Below are positions 15,918 to 28,228 of a stretch of 64,000 bases of DNA, one piece after another. Origin of the DNA: the human T2T-CHM13v2.0 reference genome, Homo sapiens; NCBI RefSeq assembly GCF_009914755.1, contig NC_060936.1; one strand, given 5' to 3'. Position 1 is the stretch's first letter; each line of letters begins with the position of its first letter. Position numbers and translations under genes: made by a program. The notes under the pieces were generated by a model. The model was not told the origin of the DNA. It saw only the letters and a list, made by a program, of their open reading frames with translations, and did not search any database.

Positions 15918-16749
15918 TGTGGTAATTCTAATGCCTGAGATTTCAATACAAAGAAAAATTATTTAACTACAATGTGGAATTTGTCTGCAATAGAAGTTAA
16001 TTTAAAATTTCTTAAAATATTTGTCATAAGGTAAGCCTTGCTGAACAGCTTTTAAGGATAAGATTTAAGTAAGTTACAGCACACTCTCAGTATCATGATT
16101 ACAGTTTTTTTGGAGTTGATTTTTATAAGCCCCCAAATTAAACAAATTTGATACATCTTTTCTTTACTCACTGTGGTTCTCATTTATCAAGGCAAAAATT
16201 GTACCTGACAAAATTAAACAGGCAAGGAACACTTTATTTAGGCTATTGCAATAGGAGAGAATGAACTTAACTCTGATGAAACAGAGGGCTGGAGAGTTTT
16301 TAAGAGCTGAGGTTGGGAAGATTCTAGGCCACCTCTATTTGCTAATTGGCTTTACCCAAAGGAAAAGTAAACTTTTTTGTATTTTCATGACAGGAGGTAG
16401 TTCTACAACTTGGAGCAAGACATCCATGGAAGTTACGCTATTACTCTCCTATAGAAACAGGGAGATAGGGGTACTATCTTCCTCAATGTTTACATTTCAA
16501 AAGAATGGTTCCCAGGTCCTTGAGACAGATCTTCCTGTCTGTCCATAATCATGATATTGATACCATAGTCATGATATTGAGAATGTGCTGTAACTTACTT
16601 AAATCTTATTCTTATAAGCTGTTCAGCTAGGCTTACCTTATAACAAATATTTTAAGTAATTTTTAATTAACTTCTATTGAAGAAAAATTCTACATTGTAG
16701 TTAAATTATTTTCCTTTGTATTGACGTCTCAGGCATTAGACTTAACACA
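15918..16749. repeat. 184-bp inverted repeat (arms 15918-16101 and 16566-16749)
   Basis: Ungapped manual alignment gives about 18 mismatches (~90% identity); 464-bp spacer. Confidence 0.95.
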
Positions 16750-16934
16750 GGTTGTAAAACTCGTAAAAAGCTTGTAGAACATTTCCATAAGTTTCATAGA
16801 GACAGAGAAAGAATTGACAATTGACAATTTTCTAAAGTAAATTCTCTAAGCAAAGGGAGGTTGAGTTTAGGGGCAGGAGAAGCTTGTCTAATGTTTGATC
16901 AGATTGAGGGAAAGAAGAAAAACTGTTCTGGTCA
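16185..16934 (-). mobile_element. MER31/MER67-family solo LTR (ERV1) interrupted at 16538-16749
   Basis: aaacaggcaagg..ctattgcaatagg and cccaggtccttgag motifs; ends ...tggtca; TSD catt/catg. Confidence 0.75.
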
Positions 16935-17244
16935 CATGTACATTTTCTTCTATTGAGACCTGTGGTCTATTCCTTTTTCATCAAATTAGGTCATCCTAAT
17001 TTCTGACAGATAAAATAATTATATATTACCAAATTTGGAGGGAGTGATTATTGTTTCATGGAGTTTTGTAATAAAAATATCCATAACATATTTTTGATTA
17101 GTTATTGAGAGCCCACATGTATAAATTACTTTTGAGTACCATGAAGAAACAGAACCTATATTTTCTAATGTTGAGTAGCTATAATGATGTATTTGTCTTA
17201 CTAATTGGTGATTATGACATTTCTAGTATTTACAAGATGGGGAA

Positions 17245-17799
17245 TGTATTAGTGTTCCCTAGGGGGACAGAACTAGTAGGAGATATGTATATATAAAAAT
17301 AAGTTTATTAAGGAGAATTGACTCACATGATCACAAGGTAAAGTCCCATGATAGGCCATCTGCAAGATGAGGAGCAAGGAAGCCAATAGTGGCTCAGTCC
17401 GAGTCCTAAAACCTCAAAAGTAGGGAAGCTGACAGTGCAACCTTCAGTTTGTGGCTGAAGGCCCAAGAGCTCCTCGCAAACCACTGGTGTAAGTCCAAGA
17501 GTCTAAAAGCTGAAGAACTTGGAGTCTGATGTTTAAGGGCAGGAAGCATCTAGCACAGGAGAAAGATGAGGGCCAGAAGACTGAGCAAGTCAGCTTCTTC
17601 CACCTTCTCCTGCCTGCTTTTTCTAGCTGCACTGGCAGCCAATTGGATGGTGCTCACCCAGATTGAGGGTGGCTCTGCCTCTCCCAGTCCACTGACTCAA
17701 ATGTTAATCTCTTCTGTCAACACCTTCACAGACACACCCAGGAACAATATTTTGCATCCTTCAAACAAATCAAGTTGACACTTAATATTAACTATCACA
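17245..17799 (-). mobile_element. MLT2A-family solo LTR (HERVL)
   Basis: tgtattag..gggacagaacta...caagttgacacttaatattaactatcaca. Confidence 0.92.
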
Positions 17800-17971
17800 G
17801 AGGATAATAATAATTGGAAAAATAATTGGTTTTTCTTTCTAAAGTCTTGGCAAAAGTTACATATAAGACATGCACAATCATTTGGTTTTAACCAATATGC
17901 CTTGAATAGATGTCTATTTTAATCATCTCAACATTATTTATTCTGTGGAAGTCTTCAAGGATCTCAAAAGA

Positions 17972-18260
17972 CACATACTTCATGATCTCAGTTGCATGTG
18001 AAATCTAAGAAAAGTTGAATTCACAGAAGTAGAGAGTAGAATGGTGGTTACCAGGGGCTGGGGGATTGGGATTGGCAAGACGTTGGTCAAAGAGTATGAA
18101 ATGTCAATTAGACATTCATTCAAAGAATGATAAGTATGTGAGGTAGTAAATTTATTTACTAGTTTGATTTGGCCATTCTACAATGTATACATATCTCAAA
18201 ATATCCTGTTATACACTATATACATCATTTTTGTTTGTCAATTAAAAATAAATAACAAGA
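17972..18260 (+). mobile_element. L1MA 3' end fragment
   Basis: cagaagtagagagtagaatggtggttaccagggg...tgtcaattaaaaataaa. Confidence 0.8.
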
Positions 18261-20129
18261 AAGAGAAAGAAACTTAGAAGCATATATTAATATAATTAAA
18301 TGCAATCGTAGATAATGTCGAGTTCTGCCATATCATTTAATAGGTGAGGAAAAGGATACAAATGAAAATGAGACAGTCCAGAGTCACAGTGACCATCTGG
18401 AGGACTTTAACCCAGTCACTAAGCTCTTAAATATTCCTTCAAAGGCAGAAAGTATATATGATTTGAATTTGTCTGGAGAGTTGCTAAGTACTTGATTAAA
18501 AACATTTCTTAGGAAACTATGGACACGAGTGAAATGAAGATTAAAGAAATACTAGCACAGATCGTAAAATAAATATTCAACATATGGTCGAGACAGTTGC
18601 AAGTAAGGATCACCTTATAATTGTTAAAATTCTACTTTGAACATATTATAATGAATATTGCATTTTATCAGATACTTTAAAGTGTAACTTGACTATGTCC
18701 TATAATTATTTATTGACTCTGACCAAATGTGTGTATAAAGAAAACTTTAATCTTATATGTTGAGGAAGAGTAGTTTTTAGTACCATTTTAGAGAAAGAAG
18801 TTAGTTTGAGTGACCACTTTTATATAGGTCTTGACTGCTCTTAATTTGAATTGAATGGATAATTAGCAGGCAGAATTACCTAGAGAAAACAAGTTATTTT
18901 GAGTTCTCCAGTGGGAATTAGCTAGTAGGGATTCAGCCTAGTGTGCAGAACATCACATTCAAATTATTGTAACTTAGAAACATCTTATGTATGGCCGTGA
19001 AATGGTGCTGTTTAAAGACTTTTCTGAGGGTATGAATTAAATAGAGCATTTTGTAATAAAACAAGAGAGCAAAATGGAGTGATAGTGGAGGCAAACCTAA
19101 GGAATACCCTTGGCATGAGCATGCTTTTGTTGTTTCTTATTGGTAGCTTAGCCTTTCCATTTCTTTTTCAGCATGGTATATAGTCATCAGGAATAGAACT
19201 AAAGCTGAACAGAATATTGTTTTAACAGAGCCAAAGGCAAAGTACATCCTCAAGTAAACTTCAAATGCAACCTGGGAAATTAATTCCAAGTTGACTCAAA
19301 TGACAACACTAATTCTGGTTTTAAGGCAGAGTAGTGTGGAGGGGATAAGAATATTATTACTCTATCATTACTGTGTGTGTGATGACAGGGTTCAAGCTGC
19401 ATAATTAGATAATAATGGGAAGCAAATGTTCCAGAAATTTAGATACTGAGAAGAGGTGGTCAGAAGTGTAATGCCTCTATGAGGAGGTGACGAGTACACT
19501 TTTCACCCTGTACATTATCAAAATGGTTCCTGAGTAAAAGAAAAATAACTAGTTTTATACAATCCCTTTAGTATAAATATTTCCCTATATGGTCTGTAAT
19601 AAATACATTAAAAGATATTCTGAGTGCTGACTCACATATTATTAGTTTCAAGGGAGTATTGAATGTGACTATAATATCTATCTTTGAGGATATGAGTATT
19701 CAAACAGCATATATATAAATGTATAGTATCATATGATATATTTATATGTGACTGCTCTTGAATTGAATAGATAAGTTACAGGCAAAAAGGCAGAAATACC
19801 TACAGAAAATGTTATTTTCAGTTATCTAGTGATAATTAGCGAGTAGATATTCAGCATATTGTGTTGGTTTTATATGTATATAGCAAGTGCCTAGTTCAGT
19901 GCCTAGCACATCCCTGATAATAATAGTAGCTTCTTTTTTATTATTGCTTATGTTGATACTACAAAAACTGTGGAAAACCCTAATACTTATATTTGACTTA
20001 GATATGTAGTCTTTGCTTACTCTACAATTAAGATACGAATATATTTTATTGTATAAGACTCAAGTGCAAACAAATATAAAGAGGAAATTGTGCAAGTTCC
20101 CATACTCCCTCTCCTCAGGCCTGCTTTCA

Positions 20130-21134
<1,005 letters not shown>

Positions 21135-21991
21135 TTCCCCCATTTCAAACTTAATTTTCAGAAAGTTTTATATATAAAGTAAGGTTCAGAACTATGGAGA
21201 GATTTGGGTCAGAAGTTTTGGGATAAGACATTGATACAGGGGAAGAAAACAGATTGGATCAAGCAGAAAAGAACAAATTAGAGGACATTTTCCCATGTTT
21301 TGTTGAATCAATCTCTTAGTCTTCAGAATAGGGAAGTTAAGTTAAAAAGTTGTGTCTCATTTCAGGAAGTGGTATTGGAGATGGACTCCCATCAAGGTTA
21401 GTTCTCAGTATGGTATAAGCATCTCTATATGGTAGAAGCACATAGGCATTCAATAAGAGACTTTTCTATTAAAACAAAAGAAAAACAAAGGTTAATGTCT
21501 GGAGTTATGAGCTAGTCTCTGAGTCTGGAGGGCAATCAGTTGAGAAGATTCTAGACTTGGCCTTAAAGTATTTTCAGTTGGAGTGGGTGCAGGCAGTGAC
21601 AGGCAATGTGACAGATTGTCCTGGGTTGCATTTTGCATGTCACAAAGTTTGTCCAAATATAAGCTGTTATGGTGACTTTTTTTAAAGCCATGTTGACTAC
21701 CTTCAGATTGTAGGGCCTCAGGTAAGAGGCAGTTTTAATTTCTAGAGATTCCAAATAAGAAGGGCGGGGAAAAAATGGGAATGTTCATTTGGAGACTTGC
21801 AGCCAGGAAAGAATTCAGAATTTATTCCAAATTGCAGGTAAATAATAGAATTTCAAAAACCAATGAGCTGGAATCTAAAAACATAATAGGTGTACTATAG
21901 GAATTTTTTCTGAGACATATTTTTTCTCTATATATTTACCTCCATTTTTACCAAATATAGTTGTGGTAAGACTAATTTGCTTGCAAAATAA

Positions 21992-22089
21992 GTTGCCCAG
22001 GCTGGTCTTGAACTCCTGAGCTCAAGTGATTCCCCTGCCTCAGCGTCCCAAAGTGCTAAGATTACGTGCATGAGTCACCATGCCTGGCC
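21992..22089 (-). mobile_element. Alu left monomer / FLAM fragment
   Basis: gttgcccaggctggtcttgaactcctgagctcaagtgat...atgcctggcc. Confidence 0.88.
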
Positions 22090-22772
22090 TATAAGAAATC
22101 TTGAATTAGGCTTAAAAGCCTCTAAAGGCTAATGAGCGAATACAGAATTGACTCACTCTCAAATTGTGTCTGTAATTATAGTGTCTGGGTGAATTCCTCT
22201 CTTCTCGATGTCTTCAAAATAGCTCATGGTTCTTGGGCCTGCCAGAAAGTGACACTCTTTACCTACCTGCAGGGAAACCATGTGGACTATGCATTTAAAT
22301 TATCAGGCCATTTTTTTCCAAGGGGTTTTTGCTGGCTCCACAGAGCCCCTTAAAGTAATCTTGTCACTTCTGAAAATATTACATTCTAGTCAAAGCCTCA
22401 GTAAAATAACTATTGTTTCTAATTGTGTCCTATTACAAAAGCACACAGATTCTTATTCAATTTATCCAAACGTTATATTGCCTAAAATATGAACGCTCAC
22501 AGATAGCTTCCTAATTCTAAAAGGATCAGTAGAGACAAAGGTAAATGTTTCAATTCTGTTTACAAAATTATACTTAACCAAATTATTGCAAGCTTTAAAT
22601 AACTTAAAAGTGAAAAAGTTTCCTTAAATTTGGAAAACAAAAGGAATCACCAATGTTCCAAACAAAATGTCATAAAAAGACATTTTATTCAAATGTAATG
22701 AATTTTTGTTTTTTGGAATTGAGTTGGCAGTTTCATGAACCCATGTATCTCTTTTTTCATGTCTTATTGGCA

Positions 22773-24957
22773 TTTATTTTATTTTATTTTTTTAACTTTT
22801 ATTTTAGGTTTTGGGGGTACATGTGCAGGTTTGTTATATAGGTAAACTTGTGCCATGGGGGTTTGTTGCATAGATAGATTATTTTGTCACCTAGTACTAA
22901 GTCTAGTATGCAATAGTTATTTTTTTCTGCTCCTTCCACTCCTCCCACCCTTTATCCTCAAGTAGGCCTCAGTGTCTGTTGTCCCATTCTTTGTGTTCAT
23001 GAGTTCTCATCATTTAGCTACCACTTATAAGTGAGAACATGCAGTGTTTGGTTTGCTGTTCCTGCGTTAGTTTGCTAAGGAAAATGACCTCTAGCTCCAT
23101 CCATATTCTCGCAAAAGATATTACCTTATTGTAGTTTTATGGTGGCATAATATTTCATGGTGTATAGGGACCACATTTCCTTTATCTAAAATCTGTCATT
23201 GTGGGCATTTAGGTTGAGTCCATGCCTTTGCTACTGTGAATGGTGTTGCAATTAACATTAGTGTGCATGTTTCTTTATGGTAGAATGATTTCTATTCCTC
23301 TGGGTATATACTCAATAATGGGATTGCTGGGTCAAATAGTGGCTCTGTTTTTAGCTCTTTGGAATCACCATACTGCTCTCCCCAGTGGTTGAACTTATTT
23401 ACACTCCCACCAATAGTGTAGAAGTGTTTCATTTTCTTTAAAGCTCACCAGCATCTGTTATTTTTTGGCTCTATAATAATAGCCATTCTGACTGACATGA
23501 GATGGTATCTCATTGTTGTTTTGATTTGCATTTCTCTAATTATGAATGATATTGAACTTTTTATATATATATGCTTTTGGGCGCATGTGTGTCTTCTTTA
23601 GAAAAGTGCCTGTTCATGTCCTTTGCCCACTTTTTAATGGGGTTCTTTGCTTTTCTCTTGTACATTTGTTTAAGTTCCGTATAAATGTTGGATATTAGAC
23701 CTGTGTCAGATGCATAGTTTGAAAATATTTTCTCCCACTTTGTAGGCTGTCTGCTTACTCAGTTGATAGTTTCTTTTGCTGTGCAGGAGCTCTTAAGTTT
23801 AATTAGATCCCATTCGTCAATTTTTGCTTTTGTTGCAATTGCTTTTGGTGTCTTTGTCATGAAATCTTTGCCTGTTTCTATGTCTGAGATGGTATTGCCT
23901 AGGTTGTCTTCCAGGGTTTTTATAGTTCTGGGTTTTACATTTGAGTCTTTAATCCATCTTGAGTTGATTTTTGTACATGATGTAAAGAAGGAGTCCAGTT
24001 TCAATCTTGTGCATATGGCTAGCCAGTTATCACAACACGATTTATTGAATAGGGAGTCCTTTCCCAGTTGCTTTTTTGTCAGCTTTGTTGAAGATCAGAT
24101 GGTCATAGGTGTGTGGCCTTATTTCTGAGATCTCTGTTCCTTTGGTCTATGTCTGTCTTTGTATGAGTGTCATGCTGTCTTAGTTACTGTAGCCCTGTAG
24201 TATAGTTTAAAGTCAAGTAGAATGATGCCTCCAGCTTTGTTCTTTTTGCTTAGGATTGCCTTAGCTATTAAGGCTCTTTTGTGGTTTCATATGAATTTTA
24301 AAATAGTTTTCTATAGTTCTGTGAATAATGTCAATGGAAATTTAATAGGAATAGCATTGAATCTGTAAATTGCTTTGGGCAGCATGGCCATTTTAATGAT
24401 ATGGATTCTTCCTATCAATGAGCATGGGATATTTTTCTATTTGTTTTTGTCATATCCGGTTTCTTTGAGCAGTGTTTTAAAATTCGCCTTGTACCATTCT
24501 TCCACTTCCCTGGTTAGCTGTATTTCTGGATGTATTATTCTTTTTGTGGCAATTGTGAATGGGATTGTATTCCTGTTTTGTCTCTCAGCTTGGCTGCCGT
24601 TGGTGTATAGGAATGTTAGTGATTTTTGTACATTGAGTTTGTAACCTGAAACTTTGCTAAAGTTTTTTTTATCATCTAAGTAGCTTTTGAGCCAAGACTA
24701 TGGGGTTTTCTAGACATAGAATTTTGTCATCTGCAAACAAGGATAGTTTAACTTCCTCTCTTTCTATTTGAATGCCCCTTATTTATTTCTCTTGCCTGAT
24801 TGCTCTGGCCAGGACTTCCAATATCCTGCTGAGTAGGAGTAGTAAGAGAGGGTATCCTTGTGTTGTGCTAGTTTTCAAGGGGAATACTTCCAGCTTTTCC
24901 CCATGCAGTATCATGTTGGCTGTGGGTTTGTTGTATATGGCTCTTATTATTTTGAGA
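22773..24957 (-). mobile_element. 5'-truncated L1PA (about L1PA13-15)
   Basis: Poly-T, antisense 3'UTR, ORF2 fragments ([23 protein letters not shown]). Confidence 0.95.
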
Positions 24958-25707
24958 GAATCCATGTTTCTTTATTAGATATTTGGAAGCTCTTACCCAG
25001 TCCAATGAGAAGAACATCAGTATAAAGCAATTAACTGTGGACAACAAGACTAAAGTAGCCGTGATTAAACATCTAGTGGGAGTTCATACAACCTGCAATT
25101 GATGAAGAAATTTGGCTATTTCTATGGCATATCATATTTTAATGTAACAACCAAAATTGTGACATTTATATATGACATATTAGATTTTTAATAATCCCAT
25201 ACAATTATGTAATACATATGTCCGTAACATAGCCACACAAACATAACTCAAAGAAAGTTGAAAATTACTTCTTATTTGAAAATGCTTTTTGTATGATTTT
25301 AAAATATCAAATAAACCTAATTGTTCTCATTTTTTCTAACTGGAAAGGTCCTTCTTAAATGTCCAAAAGTTGATTTCAGGTGAAAAAACCTTAATTTATA
25401 ATTTGAAATTGGATTTTAGAAAGGATGTCAAATGTGTGAAAGGTTTAAAATATTTGATCTAAATAAGATTGCAGGTCACTGTGAAATAATAATCATCCAT
25501 TTAAGCAAAAGATCTAATAAAGACAGCATGAGGCACACAGGTTCTGTTTCTCTCTCTTCTTTTACTCCTTTGTTTGTTTATGCAGTTTGTTTAAAAGGTG
25601 AATAAAAATATTTTATATCTTAACAATGTTATACAAAAATCTTATTTAAAGGAGAATACCAAATTGTAGTTCTGTATTAATCTACCTTGAGAATTAAGCC
25701 TCAAAGA

Positions 25708-27033
25708 TTTTTTTATTATTATACTTTAAGTTCTAGGGTACATGTGCACGATGTGCAGGTTTGTTACCTATGTATACATGTTCCGTGTTGGTTTGCTGCA
25801 CCCATTAACTTGTCATTGACATTAGGTATTTCTCCTAATGCTATCCATCACCCATCCCCCCACCCCACAACAGGCCCTGGTGTGTGATGTTCCCGCCCTG
25901 TATCCGAGTGTTCTCATTGTTCAATTCCCACCTATGAGTGAGAACATGTGGTGTTTGGTTTTCTGTTCTTGCTATAGTTAGCTCAGAATGATGGTTTCCA
26001 GCTTCATCCATGTCCCTACAAAGGACATGAACTCATCCTTTTTTATGGCTGCAAAGTATTCCATGGTGTATATGTGCCACATTTTCTTAATCCAGTCTAT
26101 CACTGATGGACATTTGTGTGAATTCCAAGTCTTTGCTATTGTGAATAGTGCCACAATCAACATATGGGTACATGTGTCTTTATAGCATGATTTATAATCC
26201 TTTGGGTATATACCCAGTAATGGAATCACTGGGTCAAATGGTATTTCTAGTTCTAGATCCTTGAGGGATCGCCACACTGTTTTCCACAATGGTTGAACTA
26301 GTTTACACTCCCACGAACAGTGTAATAGTGTTCCTATTTTTCCACATCCTCTCCAGCACCTGTTGTTTCCTGACTTTTTAATGATCACCATTCCAACTGG
26401 TGTGAGATGGTGTCTCACTGTGGTTTTGATTTGCATTTCTCTGATGATCAGTGATGATGAGCATTTTTTCATGTGTCTGTTGGCTGCATAAATGTTTTCT
26501 TTTGAAAAGTGTCTGTTCATATCCTTTGCCCACTTTTTGATGGGGTTGTTTGTTTTTTTCTTGTGAATTTGTTTGAGTTCATTGTAGATTCTGGATATTA
26601 GCCCTTTGTCAGATGGGTAGATTGGAAAAATTTTCTCCCATTCTGTAGGTTGCCTGTTCACTCTGGTGGTAGTTTCTTTTGATGTGCAGAAGCTCTTTAG
26701 TTTAATTAGATCCTACTTGTCTATTTTGGCTTTTGTTGCCATCGCTTTTGGTGTTTTAGTCATGAAGTCCTTGCCCATGCCTATGTCCTGAATGGTATTG
26801 CCTAGGTTTTCTTCTAGGCTTTTTATGGTTTTAGGTCTAACATTTAAGTCTTTAATCCATCTTGAATTAATTTTTGTATAGGGTGTAAGGAAGGGATCCA
26901 GTTTCAGCTTTCTACATATGGTTAGCCAGTTTTCCCAGCACCTTTTATTAAATAGGGAATCCTTTCCCCATTGCTTGTTTTTGTCAGGTTTGTCAAAGAT
27001 CAGATGGTTGTAGATGTGTGGTATTATTTCTGA
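25708..27033 (-). mobile_element. 5'-truncated L1PA (about L1PA5-7)
   Basis: ORFs 25978-26661 and 26713-27042 encode the ORF2 C-terminus; approximate TSD aagcctcaaa/aagtctcaaa. Confidence 0.95.
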
Positions 27034-27164
27034 AAGTCTCAAATTTTTTTTAAAAGCCCTTATATAAATTCATTCAATTTTAGTCAGTTTCATCACATTA
27101 TAATTTTTTAATAAGATTTATATTTTGTAACCATTTTACAATTTTCCTATCCATTCAGTTTTAC

Positions 27165-27548
27165 ATATATATATTATATATATATTTATATATATTATAT
27201 ATATATTATATATATATATTTATATATATTATATATATATTTATATATATTATATATATATTTATATATATTATATATATATTATATATATATAATATAT
27301 ATATTATATATATTTATATATATTATATATATATTATATATATTTATATATATAATATATATATTATATATATATAATATATATATTATATATATTTATA
27401 TATATAATATATATATTATATATATATAATATATATATTATATATATATAATATATATATTATATATATTTATATATATAATATATATATTATATATATA
27501 TAATATATATATTATATATATATAATATATATATTATATATATATTTA
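27165..27548. repeat. 384-bp pure A/T (TA)n-based minisatellite at an Alu tail
   Basis: No C or G; TATATATATT units interspersed with palindromic AATATATATATT units. Confidence 0.97.
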
Positions 27549-27582
27549 CATATATTTTATATATATATTTTTATATATATAA

Positions 27583-27883
27583 TTTTTTTTTGAGATAGAG
27601 TCTCACTCTGTCACACAGGCTAGAATGTAGTAGTGTGATCATAGTTTACTGTAGCCTTGAAGTTCTGGGCTTAAGCAGTGCTCCCACCTCATTCTACCAA
27701 GTTGCTAGGACTATAGGTGCACACCATGACAACAGGCTAATTAATTTTTTTTTTTTTTTTTTGTAGAGATGGGTGGTCATGCTATGTTGCTCAGGTTGAA
27801 CTCAAACTCCTGGCCTCGAAAAATACTGTTGCCTTGGACCCCTAAAGTGCTGCCATTACAGACATGAGCCACCATGATTGACT
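27583..27883 (-). mobile_element. AluJ
   Basis: ttttgagatagagtctcactctgtc...gacatgagccacc. Confidence 0.9.
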
Positions 27884-27985
27884 GAAACAATTTTAAATAA
27901 CCTCTAAACTACGCAAAGTGACTTTTCCTTCAACAAAAATACACATCTTCCTGTCTTCCTTAAAACTTTCCTTACCAAAACCATA

Positions 27986-28228
27986 ATAGTCTGTTCTTTC
28001 TGTGAATTAATCTTTCCTAGATCCAGATAAGGCAGGTAAGGAAGTCTCAGGGAAAGCTGTTTGGATCTAGTATTTACTTCACTAATGTAGATTCCTTCTA
28101 CCATTGCAAGTCTCCCCAACAGAAAACAGCTTTTTAGAGCTATCTGCATGCTAGAAGCCTTTCTGAATAGCCATGTCAGAATATGCCGGAGAAGTATATT
28201 TTGAGGTGGCACACTTAGGTTTCCTTTA
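27986..28228 (-). mobile_element. MER34-family LTR segment (partial 5' LTR)
   Basis: Homologous to 20895-21134 (ttaatctttcctagatccag, ttcactaatgtagatt, agaagtatattttg). Confidence 0.8.

Larger units (their letters stand above)
21135..27985 (-). mobile_element. MER34/MER4-group ERV internal sequence, fragmented by L1 and Alu insertions
   Basis: Lies between the PPT-adjacent LTR and a second homologous LTR segment; resembles non-autonomous MER4-group internal sequence. Confidence 0.65.

Noticed and set aside
25978-26661. 227-aa ORF, and the 243-aa ORF at 40525-41256
   Set aside because: Truncated L1 ORF2 fragments without promoter or intact EN/RT domains.
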